Origin: the human T2T-CHM13v2.0 reference genome, Homo sapiens
DNA length: 64,000 nt
Reading direction: 5' to 3'
Assembly (NCBI GenBank): GCA_009914755.4
Contig: CP086569.2
Coordinates: 30,912,001 to 30,976,000, forward strand
Numbering within the stretch: position 1 is the stretch's first letter; every line of letters begins with the position of its first letter. The position numbers and the translations under genes were made by a program. Below the pieces are notes generated by a model, which saw nothing but the letters and a program-made list of their open reading frames with translations, was not told the origin of the DNA and did not search any database. Positions 44,173 through 59,188 of the stretch are shown piece after piece.

Positions 44173-47100
44173 ATGGAGTCAAATGGAATGGTCTGGAATG
44201 GAATGAACACGAATGTAATGCAATCCAATAGAATGGAATCGAATGGCATGGAATATAAAGAAATGGAATCGAAGAGAATGGAAACAAATGGAATGGAATT
44301 GAATGGAATGGAATTGAATGGAATGGGAACGAATGGAGTGAAATTGTATGCAGTAGAAGAGAATAGAATGGAATGCAAGCGAAAGGAAAGGAATGGATTG
44401 GAATGGAATGGAATTCATTGGAATGGAAGGGAATGTAGTGTAATGGACAGGCCTGGAATAAAGTGGAATGCTACGGTCTCGAATGGAATAAAAATGTATG
44501 GAATGGAATGCAATGAAACGGAATCGAATGTCATAGAATGTAATGGAATGCAAAAAAATGGAATCCAAAATCATTGACTGGAAAGGCTGGGTGTCGAAAG
44601 GAATTGACTCCAATGGAATGGAATCGAATGGAATGGAAGTGAATAGAATCGAATTAAATCGAATGGAATGGAATTGATAGCAACGGAATGGAAAGGAATG
44701 CAATGATTTGGCATGGAATGGAATCGAATGGCATCGAATGGAATGGAATGGAATGCAATGGAATGGAATGTATTAGAATGTAATGAACTTTAATGGAATG
44801 TACTCGAATGGATTCGACTGGAATGGAATGTTCTGGAAGTGAATGGACTCCAATGGAATGGTTTCAAAAGGAATGGAATCGTACGGAATGGAATCTAATG
44901 GAATGGAATTAAATGGAAATGAATCAAATTGAATGGCACGGAATTGAATTGAATGGAATGGAATGCAATGGAATCTAATGAAACGGAAAGGAAAGGAATG
45001 GAATGGAATGGAATGGGCTGGAATGGAAAGGAATCGAAACGAATGGAATGGAATCGAACTGAAGAGACTGGAATGGAATGCACTGGAATGGAAGGGAGTG
45101 TAATGGAAGGTTCTCGAAAAAAATGGAATCGAATGGAATGGAATTGAATGGAACGGAATAGAGTCGAATGGAATTGAATGGAATGGAATGGACTAGAGTG
45201 AAATGGAATCGAACCACAAGGAATGGAGAGGAATAGAATGGTCTCGATTTGAATGGAATCGTATGGAATGGCATCAAACGGAATGGAATGGACAGCCACG
45301 GAATGGAATGCACTCGAATGCAATGGAGTCGAAACTAATGGACTGGAATAGAATGGACTCGACTGGTACGGACTCCAATGGAATGGAATCGAATGGAAGG
45401 GAATCGAACGGAATGGACTCGAAGGGAAAAGACTGCAATGGAAAGGTCTCGAATGGAATGGAAATCAATGGAATGGAATGGAATCGAATGAAATGGAGTC
45501 AAAAGGAATGGAATCGAATGGCAAGAAATCGAATGTAATGGAATCGCAAGGAATTGATGTGAACGGAACGGAATGGAATGGAATCCAAAGGAATGGAATA
45601 GAATGGAATGGAATCGAATGGAAAGGACTCGAATGGAAATCACTCGAATAGAATGCAATTTAATAAAATAGGATCAAATGTAATGGAATGGAATGGAAAG
45701 GAATCGAAACGAAAGGAATGGAGACAGATGGAATGGAATGGAACAGAGAGCAATGGTATAGAAAGGAATGGAATCATCTGGAATGGAATTGAATGGAATG
45801 GAATAATATGAAATGGAATGGAATGGAATGGAATGCCCTTGAATTAAATGGACTGGAATGGAATGGACTCGAACAGAGTGGAATGGAAAGTGTTGAGATA
45901 GAATGGAATGGACTCGTTTGGAATGGTCTAGTAGGCAATGCAATCGACTGGCAGGGAATCAAAAGGAATGTAATGGAATGGATTGGACTGGAATGCAATG
46001 GACTCGAATAGATTGGAAACGGAATGCAAAGGAATGGAATGGAATAGTATGGAATGGAATGGAAAGGAATGGAGTGGAATAGACTAGAGTGGAATGGAAT
46101 GGACTCGAAAGCAATGGACTGGAATGCAACTTTCTTGAATGGACTGGAATCAAACGGAATGGAATGCAATGCAATCAAATGGCATGGAATAAAATAGAAT
46201 GAAAGAGAATCAAATGGAATTGAATCGAATGGAATCGAATGGATTGGAAAGGAATAGAATGGAATGGAATGGAATTGACTCAAATGGAATGGACTAGAAT
46301 GGAATGGATTCGAATGGAAGGCAAAGGAATGGAATCTATTGGAATGGACTGTAATGGAATGGAATGGAAGGGATTGGAATGGACTCGAATGGAATGGACT
46401 GCAATAGAAAGGATTCGAATGGAATGAAAAAGAATTGAATGGAATAGAACAGAATGGAATCAAATCGAATGAAATGGAATGGAATAGAAAGGAATGGAAT
46501 GAAATGGAATGGAAAGGATTCGAATGGAATGCAATCGAATGGAATGGAATCGAACGGAATGGAATAAAATGGAAGAAAACTGGCAAGAAATGGAATCGAA
46601 ATGAATGGAGTGTTATGGAACGGACTCAAAAGGAATTGAATGTAATAGAATGGAGTGGAGTGGACTCGAATATAATGGACTGGAATGGAATGAAATCACA
46701 TGGAATGGGAACGAATGGAATGGAATGGAAAGGAATGGAATCGAATGGAAAGGAATCGAATGGAAGGGAATGAAATTGAATCAACAGGAATGGAAGGGAG
46801 TAGAATAGACGGTAATGGAATGGACTCGAATAGAATGGACACGAATGCTCAAATTGAATGCACTCGAATGGAATGGAAATGAAAGGAATGTCATCGAATG
46901 GAATTGAATCGATTGGAATGAAATTGCATAGAATGGAGTGGAATCAAATGGAATTGAATCGAAAGGAAAGGAAGCGAATGGACTGAAATGAAATGGAATG
47001 GAGTTGAATGGAAAGTTATGTAATGGAATAGAATGGAACGAAATTTCACGGAATGGAATCAAACTGAATGGAATCAAATCAATGGAATCAAATCAAATGG

Positions 47101-47716
47101 AATGGAAAGGAATTGAATGGAGTAGATTGGATTGGATGGGATTGGAATGAAATGTACTGGAAAGGACTCGAATTTCACGAAACGGAATGGAATGAATTGG
47201 AACGGAACGGACTCGAATGGAATGGAATGTCATGGAATGGCATCAAATGGAATGGCATCAAATGGAATGGAATCGAATGCAATGGAATGCTATGGAATGG
47301 AATGGAATGCATTGGAATGGAATGTCCTCTAATGGAATGGATTCGAGTGGAATGGAATCGAATATAATGGAGTCGAATGAAATGGAATTGAAAGGAATGG
47401 GATCGAATACAATGGAATATACTGGAATATAATGTAATGAACTCGAATGTAATTGACTGGAATGGAATGTACATGAATGGAATGTAATCGAATGGAAAGT
47501 AATCCAATGGAATAGAATCTAATGCAATAAAATCGACTCAGATAGAGTAGAATGTAATGGAATGGAGTGCATTGCAATGGAATGGAATGGAATGGAATGC
47601 AATGGAATGGAATGCAATGGAATGGAATGGGATGGAATGGTGTGGAATGGATAGTAATAGACTGGAGTGAAATGGACTGGAAAGGAATGGACTCAAATTG
47701 AAAGGGCTCGAAAGGA
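44173..47716 (+). repeat. HOR unit 13 (3544 bp)
   Basis: Anchor to anchor. Very similar to units 12, 14 and 15. Confidence 0.8.
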
Positions 47717-50700
47717 ATGGAGTCAAATGGAATGGTCTGGAATGGAATGAACACGAATGTAATGCAATCCAATAGAATGGAATCGAATGGCATGGAATAT
47801 AAAGAAATGGATTCGAAGAGAATGGAAACAAATGGAATGGAATTGAATGGAATGGAATTGAATGGAATGGGAACGAATGGAGTGAAATTGTATGCAGTAG
47901 AAGAGAATAGAATGGAATGCAAGCGAAAGGAAAGGAATGGATTGGAATGGAATGGAATTCATTGGAATGGAAGGGAATGTAGTGTAATGGACAGGCCTGG
48001 AATAAAGTGGAATGCTACGGTCTCGAATGGAATAAAAATGTATGGAATGGAATGCAATGAAACGGAATCGAATGTCATAGAATGTAATGGAATGCAAAAA
48101 AATGGAATCCAAAATCATTGACTGGAAAGGCTGGGTGTCGAAAGGAATTGACTCCAATGGAATGGAATCGAATGGAATGGAAGTGAATAGAATCGAACTA
48201 AATCGAATGGAATGGAATTGATAGGAACGGAATGGAAAGGAATGCAATGATTTGGCATGGAATGGAATCGAATGGCATCGAATGGAATGGAATGGAATGC
48301 AATGGAATGGAATGTATTAGAATGTAATGAACTTTAATGGAATGTACTCGAATGGATTCGACTGGAATGGAATGTTCTGGAAGTGAATGGACTCCAATGG
48401 AATGGATTCAAAAGGAATGGAATCGTACGGAATGGAATCTAATGGAATGGAATTAAATGGAAATGAATCAAATTGAATGGCACGGAATTGAATTGAATGG
48501 AATGGAATGCAATGGAATCTAATGAAACGGAAAGGAAAGGAATGGAATGGAATGGAATGGGCTGGAATGGAAAGGAATCGAAACGAATGCAATGGAATCG
48601 AACTGAAGAGACTGGAATGGAATGCAATGGAATGGAAGGGAGTGTAATGGAAGGTTCTCGAAAAAAATGGAATCGAATGGAATGGAATTGAATGGAACGG
48701 AATAGAGTCGAATGGAATTGAATGGAATGGAATGGACTAGAGTGAAATGGAATCGAACCACAAGGAATGGACAGGAATAGAATGGTCTCGAATTGAATGG
48801 AATCGTATGGAATGGCCTCAAACGGAATGGAATGGACAGCCACGGAATGGAATGCACTCGAATGCAATGGAGTCGAAACTAATGGACTGGAATAGAATGG
48901 ACTCGACTGGTACGGACTCCAATGGAATGGAATCGAATGGAAGGGAATCGAACGGAATGGACTCGAAGGGAAAAGACTGCAATGGAAAGGTCTCGAATGG
49001 AATGGAAATTAATGGAATGGAATGGAATCGAATGCAATGGAGTCAAAAGGAATGGAATCGAATGGCAAGAAATCGAATGTAATGGAATCGCAAGGAATTG
49101 ATGTGAACGGAACGGAATGGAATGGAATCCAAAGGAATGGAATAGAATGGAATGGAATCGAATGGAAAGGACTCGAATGGAAATCACTCGAATAGAATGC
49201 AATTTAATAAAATAGGATCAAATGTAATGGAATGGAATGGAAAGGAATCGAAACGAAAGGAATGGAGACAGATGGAATGGAATGGAACAGAGAGCAATGG
49301 TATAGAATGGAATGGAATCATCTGGAATGGAATTGAATGGAATGGAATAATATGAAATGGAATGGAATGGAATGGAATGGAATGCCCTTGAATTAAATGG
49401 ACTGGAATGGAATGGACTCGAACAGAGTGGAATGGAAAGTGTTGAGATAGAATGGAATGGACTCGTTTGGAATGGTCTAGTAGGCAATGCAATCGACTGG
49501 CAGGGAATCAAAAGGAATATAATGGAATGGATTGGACTGGAATGCAATGGACTCGAATAGATTGGAAACGGAATGCAAAGGAATGGAATGGAATAGTATG
49601 GAATGGAATGGAAAGGAATGGAGTGGAATAGACTAGAGTGGAATGGAATGGACTCGAAAGCAATGGACTGGAATGCAACTTTCTTGAATGGACTGGAATC
49701 AAACGGAATGGAATGCAATGCAATCAAATGGCATGGAATAAAATAGAATGAAAGAGAATCAAATGGAATTGAATCGAATGGAATCGAATGGATTGGAAAG
49801 GAATAGAATGGAATGGAATGGAATTGACTCAAATGGAATGGACTAGAATGGAATGGATTCGAATGGAAGGCAAAGGAATGGAATCTATTGGAATGGACTG
49901 TAATGGAATGGAATGGAAGGGATTGGAATGGACTCGAATGGAATGGACTGCAATAGAAAGGATTCGAATGGAATGAAAAAGAATTGAATGGAATAGAACA
50001 GAATGGAATCAAATCGAATGAAATGGAATGGAATAGAAAGGAATGGAATGAAATGGAATGGAAAGGATTCGAATGGAATGCAATCGAATGGAATGGAATC
50101 GAACGGAATGGAATAAAATGGAAGAAAACTGGCAAGAAATGGAATCGAAATGAATGGAGTGTTATGGAACGGACTCAAAAGGAATTGAATGTAATAGAAT
50201 GGAGTGGAGTGGACTCGAATATAATGGACTGGAATGGAATGAAATCACATGGAATGGGAACGAATGGAATGGAATGGAAAGGAATGGAATCGAATGGAAA
50301 GGAATCGAATGGAAGGGAATGAAATTGAATCAACAGGAATGGAAGGGAGTAGAATAGACGGTAATGGAATGGACTGGAATAGAATGGACACGAATGCTCA
50401 AATTGAATGCACTCGAATGGAATGGAAACGAAAGGAATGTCATCGAATGGAATTGAATCGATTGGAATGAAATTGCATAGAATGGAGTGGAATCAAATGG
50501 AATTGAATCGAAAGGAAAGGAAGCGAATGGACTGAAATGAAATGGACTGGAATTGAATAGAAAGTTATGTAATGGAATAGAATGGAACGAAATTTCACGG
50601 AATGGAATCAAACTGAATGGAATCAAATCAATGGAATCAAATCAAATGGAATGGAAAGGAATTGAATGGAGTAGATTGGATTGGATGGGATTGGAATGAA

Positions 50701-51265
50701 ATATACTGGAAAGGACTCGAATTTCATGAAACGGAATGGAATGAATTGGAACGGAACGGACTCGAATGGAATGGAATGTCATGGAATGGCATCAAATGGA
50801 ATGGCATCAAATGGAATGGAATCGAATGCAATGGAATGCTATGGAATGGAATGGAATGCATTGGAATGGAATGTCCTCTAATGGAATGGATTCGAGTGGA
50901 ATGGAATCGAATATAATGGAGTCGAATGAAATGGAATTGAAAGGAATGGGATCGAAAAGAATGGAATATACTGGAATGTAATGTAATGAACTCGAATGTA
51001 ATTGACTGGAATGGAATGTACATGAATGGAATGTAATCGAATGGAAAGTAATCCAATGGAATAGAATCTAATGCAATAAAATCGACTCAGATAGAGTAGA
51101 ATGTAATGGAATGGAGTGCAGTGCAATGGAATGGAATGGAATGGAATGCAATGGAATGGAATGCAATGGAATGGAATGGGATGGAATGGTGTGGAATGGA
51201 TAGTAATGGACTGGAGTGAAATGGACTGGAAAGGAATGGACTCAAATTGAAAGGGCTCGAAAGGA
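47717..51265 (+). repeat. HOR unit 14 (3549 bp)
   Basis: Anchor to anchor. Confidence 0.8.
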
Positions 51266-54200
51266 ATGGAGTCAAATGGAATGGTCTGGAATGGAATGAA
51301 CACGAATGTAATGCAATCCAATAGAATGGAATCGAATGGCATGGAATATAAAGAAATGGAATCGAAGAGAATGGAAACAAATGGAATGGAATTGAATGGA
51401 ATGGAATTGAATGGAATGGGAACGAATGGAGTGAAATTGTATGCAGTAGAAGAGAATAGAATGGAATGCAAGCGAAAGGAAAGGAATGGATTGGAATGGA
51501 ATGGAATTCATTGGAATGGAAGGGAATGTAGTGTAATGGACAGGCCTGGAATAAAGTGGAATGCTACGGTCTCGAATGGAATAAAAATGTATGGAATGGA
51601 ATGCAATGAAACGGAATCGAATGTCATAGAATGTAATGGAATGCAAAAAAATGGAATCCAAAATCATTGACTGGAAAGGCTGGGTGTCGAAAGGAATTGA
51701 CTCCAATGGAATGGAATCGAATGGAATGGAAGTGAATAGAATCGAACTAAATCGAATGGAATGGAATTGATAGGAACGGAATGGAAAGGAATGCAATGAT
51801 TTGGCATGGAATGGAATCGAATGGCATCGAATGGAATGGAATGGAATGCAATGGAATGGAATGTAATGAACTTTAATGGAATGTACTCGAATGGATTCGA
51901 CTGGAATGGAATGTTCTGGAAGTGAATGGACTCCAATGGAATGGATTCAAAAGGAATGGAATCGTACGGAATGGAATCTAATGGAATGGAATTAAATGGA
52001 AATGAAGCAAATTGAATAGCACGGAATTGAATTGAATGGAATGGAATGCAATGGAATCTAATGAAACGGAAAGGAAAGGAATGGAATGGAATGGAATGGG
52101 CTGGAATGGAAAGGAATCGAAACGAATGGAATGGAATCGAACTGAAGAGACTGGAATGGAATGCACTGGAATGGAAGGGAGTGTAATGGAAGGTTCTCGA
52201 AAAAAATGGAATCGAATGGAATGGAATTGAATGGAACGGAATAGAGTCGAATGGAATTGAATGGAATGGAATGGACTAGAGTGAAATGGAATCGAACCAC
52301 AAGGAATGGACAGGAATAGAATGGTCTCGAATTGAATGGAATCGTATGGAATGGCATCAAACGGAATGGAATGGACAGCCACGGAATGGAATGCACTCGA
52401 ATGCAATGGAGTCGAAACTAATGGACTGGAATAGAATGGACTCGACTGGTACGGACTCCAATGGAATGGAATCGAATGGAAGGGAATCGAACGGAATGGA
52501 CTCGAAGGGAAAAGACTGCAATGGAAAGGTCTCGAATGGAATGGAAATTAATGGAATGGAATGGAATCGAATGAAATGGAGTCAAAAGGAATGGAATCAA
52601 ATGGCAAGAAATCGAATGTAATGGAATCGCCAGGAATTGATGTGAACGGAACGGAATGGAATGGAATCCAAAGGAATGGAATAGAATGGAATGGAATCGA
52701 ATGGAAAGGACTCGAATGGAAATCACTCGAATAGAATGCAATTTAATAAAATAGGATCAAATGTAATGGAATGGAATGGAAAGGAATCGAAACGAAAGGA
52801 ATGGAGACAGATGGAATGGAATGGAACAGAGAGCAATGGTATAGAATGGAATGGAATCATCTGGAATGGAATTGAATGGAATGGAATAATATGAAATGGA
52901 ATGGAATGGAATGGAATGCCCTTGAATTAAATGGACTGGAATGGAATGGACTCGAACAGAGTGGAATGGAAAGTGTTGAGATAGAATGGAATGGACTCGT
53001 TTGGAATGGTCTAGTAGGCAATGCAATCGACTGGCAGGGAATCAAAAGGAATGTAATGGAATGGATTGGACTGGAATGCAATGGACTCGAATAGATTGGA
53101 AACGGAATGCAAAGGAATGGAATGGAATAGTATGGAATGGAATGGAAAGGAATGGAGTGGAATAGACTAGAGTGGAATGGAATGGACTGGAAAGCAATGG
53201 ACTGGAATGGAACTTTCTTGAATGGACTGGAATCAAACGGAATGGAATGCAATGCAATCAAATGGCATGAAATAAAATAGAATGAAAGAGAATCAAATGG
53301 AATTGAATCGAATGGAATCGAATGGATTGGAAAGGAATAGAATGGAATGGAATGGAATTGACTCAAATGGAATGGACTAGAATGGAATGGATTCGAATGG
53401 AAGGCAAAGGAATGGAATCTATTGGAATGGACTGTAATGGAATGGAATGGAAGGGATTGGAATGGACTCGAATGGAATGGACTGCAATAGAAAGGATTCG
53501 AATGGAATGAAAAAGAATTGAATGGAATAGAACAGAATGGAATCAAATCGAATGAAATGGAATGGAATAGAAAGGAATGGAATGAAATGGAATGGAAAGG
53601 ATTCGAATGGAATGCAATCGAATGGAATGGAATCGAACGGAATGGAATAAAATGGAAGAAAACTGGCAAGAAATGGAATCGAAATGAATGGAGTGTTATG
53701 GAACGGACTCAAAAGGAATTGAATGTAATAGAATGGAGTGGAGTGGACTCGAATATAATGGACTGGAATGGAATGAAATCACATGGAATGGGAACGAATG
53801 GAATGGAATGGAAAGGAATGGAATCGAATGGAAAGGAATCGAATGGAAGGGAATGAAATTGAATCAACAGGAATGGAAGGGAATAGAATAGACGGTAATG
53901 GAATGGACTCGAATAGAATGGACACGAATGCTCAAATTGAATGGACTCGAATGGAATGGAAACGAAAGGAATGTCATCGAATGGAATTGAATCGATTGGA
54001 ATGAAATCGCATAGAATGGAGTGGAATCAAATGGAATTGAATCGAAAGGAAAGGAAGCGAATGGACTGAAATGAAATGGAATGGAATTGAATGGAAAGTT
54101 ATGTAATAGAATAGAATGGAACGAAATTTCTCGAAATGGAAACAAACTGAATGGAATCAAATCAATGGAATCAAATCAAATGGAATGGAAAGGAATTGAA

Positions 54201-54799
54201 TGGAGTAGATTGGATTGGATGGGATTGGAATGAAATGTACTGGAAAGGACTCGAATTTCATGAAACGGAATGCAATGAATTGGAACGGAACGGACTCGAA
54301 TGGAATGGAATGTCATGGAATGGCATCAAATGGAATGGCATCAAATGGAATGGAATCGAATGCAATGGAATGCTATGGAATGGAATGGAATGCATTGGAA
54401 TGGAATGTCCTCTAATGGAATGGATTCGAGTGGAATGGAATCGAATATAATGGAGTCGAATGAAATGGAATTGAAAGGAATGGGATCGAATACAATGGAA
54501 TATACTGGAATGTAATGTAATGAACTCGAATGTAATTGACTGGAATGGAATGTACATGAATGGAATGTAATTGAATGGAAAGTAATCCAATGGAATAGAA
54601 TCTAATGCAATAAAATCGTCTCAAATAGAGTAGAATGTAATGGAATGGAGTGCAGTGCAATGGAATGGAATGGAATGGAATGGAATGGAATGGAATGGAA
54701 TGGAATGGAATGGGATGGAATGGTATGGAATGGATAGTAATGGACTGGAGTGAAATGGACTGGAAAGGAATGGACTCAAATTGAAAGGGCTCGAAAGGA
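51266..54799 (+). repeat. HOR unit 15 (3534 bp)
   Basis: Anchor to anchor. Confidence 0.8.
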
Positions 54800-57700
54800 A
54801 TGGAGTCAAATGGAATGGTCTGGAATGGAATGAACACGAATGTAATGCAATCCAATAGAATGGAATCGAATGGCATGGAATATAAAGAAATGGAATCGAA
54901 GAGAATGGAAACAAATGGAATGGAATTGAATGGAATGGAATTGAATGGAATGGGAACGAATGGAGTGAAATTGTATGCAGTAGAAGGGAATAGAATGGAA
55001 TGCAAGCGAAAGGAAAGGAATGGATTGGAATGGAATGGAATTCATTGGAATGGAAGGGAATGTAGTGTAATGGACAGGCCTGGAATAAAGTGGAATGCTA
55101 CGGTCTCGAATTGAATAAAAATGTATGGAATGGAATGCAAAGAAACGGAATCAAATGTCATAGAATGTATTGGAATGCAAAAAAATGGAATCCAAAATCA
55201 TTGACTGGAAAGGCTGGGTGTCGAAAGGAATTGACTCCAATGGAATGGAATCGAATGGAATGGAAGTGAATAGAATCGAACTAAATCGAATGGAATGGAA
55301 TTGATAGGAACGGAATGGAAAGGAATGCAATGATTTGGCATGGAATGGAATCAAATGGCATCGAATGGAATGGAATGGAATGCAATGGAATGGAATGTAT
55401 TAGAATGTAATGAACTTTAATGGAATGTACTCGAATGGATTCGACTGGAATGGAATGTTCTGGAAGTGAATGGACTCCAATGGAATGGATTCAAAAGGAA
55501 TGGAATCGTACGGAATGGAATCTAATGGAATGGAATTAAATGGAAATGAATCAAATTGAATAGCACGGAATTGAATTGAATGGAATGGAATGCAATGGAA
55601 TCTAATGAAACGGAAAGGAAAGGAATGGAATGGAATGGAATGGGCTGGAATGGAAAGGAATCGAAACGAATGGAATGGAATCGAACTGAAGAGACTGGAA
55701 TGGAATGCACTGGAATGGAAGGGAGTGTAATGGAAGGTTCTCGAAAAAAATGGAATCGAATGGAATGGAATTGAATGGAACGGAATAGAGTCGAATGGAA
55801 TTGAATGGAATGGAATGGACTAGAGTGAAATGGAATCGAACCACAATGAATGGACAGGAATAGAATGGTCTCGAATTGAATGGAATCGTATGGAATGGCA
55901 TCAAACGGAATGGAATGGACAGCCATGGAATGGAATGCCCTCGATTGCAATGGAGTCGAAACTAATGGACTGGAATAGAATGGACTCGACTGGTACGGAC
56001 TCCAATGGAATGGAATCGAATGGAAGGGAATCGAACGGAATGGACTCAAAGGGAAAAGACTGCAATGGAAAGGTCTCGAATGGAATGGAAATTAATGGAA
56101 TGGAATGGAATCGAATGAAATGGAGTCAAAAGGAATGGAATCGAATGGCAAGAAATCGAATGTAATGGAATCGCAAGGAATTGATGTGAACGGAATGGAA
56201 TGGAATGGAATCCAAAGGAATGGAATAGAATGGAATGGAATCGAATGGAAAGGACTCGAATGGAAATCACTCGAATAGAATGCAATTTAATAAAATAGGA
56301 TCAAATGTAATAGAATGGAATGGAAAGGAATCGAAACGAAAGGAATGGAGACAGATGGAATGGAATGGAACAGAGAGCAATGGTATAGAATGGAATGGAA
56401 TCATCTGGAATGGAATTGAATGGAATGGAATAATATGAAATGGAATGGAATGGAATGGAATGCCCTTGAATTAAATGGACTGGAATGGAATGGACTCAAA
56501 CAGAGTGGAATGGAAAGTGTTGAGATAGAATGGAATGGACTCCTTTGGAATGGTCTAGTATGCAATGCAATCGACTGGCAGGGAATCAAAAGGAATGTAA
56601 TCGAATGGATTAGACTGGAATGCAATGGACTCGAATATATTGGAAACGGAATGCAAAGGAATGGAATGGAATAGTATGGAATGGAATGGAAAGGAATGGA
56701 GTGGAATAGACTAGAGTGGAATGGAATGGACTGGAAAGCAATGGACTGGAATGGAACTTTCTTGAATGGACTGGAATCAAACGGAATGGAATGCAATGCA
56801 ATCAAATGGCATGGAATAAAATAGAATGAAAGAGAATCAAATGGAATTGAATCGAATGGAATCGAATGGATTGGAAAGAATAGAATGGAATGGAATGGAA
56901 TTGACTCAAATGGAATGGACTAGAATGGAATGGATTCGAATGGAAGGCAAAGGAATGGAATCTATTGGAATGGACTGTAATGGAATGGAATGGAAGGGAT
57001 TGGAATGGACTCGAATGGAATGGACTGCAATAGAAAGGATTCGAATGGAATGAAAAAGAATTGAATGGAATAGAACAGAATGGAATCAAATCGAATGAAA
57101 TGGAATGGAATAGAAAGGAATGGAATGAAATGGAATGGAAAGGATTCGAATGGAATGCAATCGAATGGAATGGAATCGAACGGAATGGAATAAAATGGAA
57201 GAAAACTGGCAAGAAATGGAATCGAAATGAATGGAGTGTTATGGAACGGACTCAAAAGGAATTGAATGTAATAGAATGGAGTGGAGTGGACTCGAATATA
57301 ATGGACTGGAATGGAATGAAATCACATGGAATGGGAACGAATGGAATGGAATGGAAAGGAATGGAATCGAATGGAATCGAATTGAAAGGAATCGAATGGA
57401 AGGGAATGAAATTGAATCAACAGGAATGGAAGGGAATAGAATAGACGGTAATGGAATGGACTCGAATAGAATGGACACGAATGCTCAAATTGAATGGACT
57501 CGAATGGAATGGAAACGAAAGGAATGTCATCGAATGGAATTGAATCGATTGGAATGAAATCGCATAGAATGGAGTGGAATCAAATGGAATTGAATCGAAA
57601 GGAAAGGAAGCGAATGGACTGAAATGAAATGGAATGGAATTGAATGGAAAGTAATGCAATGGAATAGAATGGAACGAAATTTCACGGAATGGAATCAAAC

Positions 57701-58140
57701 TGAATGGAATCAAATCAATGGAATCAAATCAAATGGAATGGAAAGGAATTGAATGGAGTAGATTGGATTGGATGGGATTGGAATGAAATGTACTGGAAAG
57801 GACTCGAATTTCATGAAACGGAATGGAATGAATTGGAACGGAATGGACTCGAATGGAATGGAATGTCATGGAATGGCATCAAATGGAATGGCATCAAATG
57901 GAATGGAATCGAATGTAATGGAATGGAATGCATTGGAATGGAATGTCCTCTAATGGAATGGATTCGAGTGGAATGGAATCGAATATAATGGAGTCGAATG
58001 AAATGGAATTGAAAGGAATGGGATCGAATAAAATGGAATATACTGGAATGTAATGTAATGAACTCGAATGTATTTGACTGGAATGGAATGTACATGAATG
58101 GAATGTAATCGAATGGAAAGTAATCCAATGGAATAGAATC
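54800..58140 (+). repeat. HOR unit 16, terminal and truncated (3341 bp; ends at unit offset ~3340), more degenerate than interior units
   Basis: The anchor is at 54800 and the array ends at 58140, just after '...gtaatccaatggaatagaatc'. Several point changes and small indels depart from the neighbour consensus (55100-55200, 55850-55960, 57340-57400, 57900-57930). Confidence 0.75.

Positions 58141-59188
<1,048 letters not shown>

Larger units (their letters stand above)
1..58140 (+). repeat. Human Satellite III (GGAAT)n array as a ~3.55-kb higher-order repeat, DYZ1-type (Yq12 heterochromatin); about 16.4 units. The + strand reads GGAAT.
   Basis: GGAAT and its variants (GGAAA, GCAAT, GGACT, GAAT-C, etc.) run the whole span. 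The motif ATGGAGTCAAATGGAATGGTCTGG and its flanking ORF pattern recur at 118, 3681, 9238, 12807, 16366, 19915, 23464, 27008, 30552, 33511, 37060, 40629, 44173, 47717, 51266 and 54800. Spacings are mostly 3534-3569 bp. One GGCC (HaeIII) site lies in each full unit with the same 3563-bp spacing (GGCC at 395-398 and 3958-3961). Calling it HSat3 is near-certain; the DYZ1/Yq12 assignment rests on unit length and the adjacent DYZ2-type array, not on a search. Confidence 0.85.

Noticed and set aside
1-58140. Hundreds of ORFs of 60-413 aa on both strands (MEWNGMEWN... and IPFHSIPFHS... peptides)
   Set aside because: Pure translation artifacts. GGAATGGAATGGAAT reads G-M-E-W-N in all three forward frames, and ATTCC reads I-P-F-H-S in all three reverse frames, so neither strand has a stop codon. 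ORF length only reflects where a diverged pentamer creates one. There is no codon-usage signal, and the same 'proteins' recur every 3.55 kb.
1-58140. Centromeric alpha satellite or CENP-B boxes
   Set aside because: No ~171-bp periodicity and no alphoid monomer structure. The basic unit is the GGAAT pentamer (HSat3), which is pericentromeric/heterochromatic, not centromere-core.
1-58140. Assignment to the 9q12 or acrocentric HSat3 arrays instead of Yq12
   Set aside because: Those arrays are not known to have a 3.56-kb HaeIII-defined HOR, nor to abut a 2.42-kb Alu-bearing HSat1B unit. Still, this cannot be excluded without alignment, so it is reflected as reduced confidence and not discarded outright.
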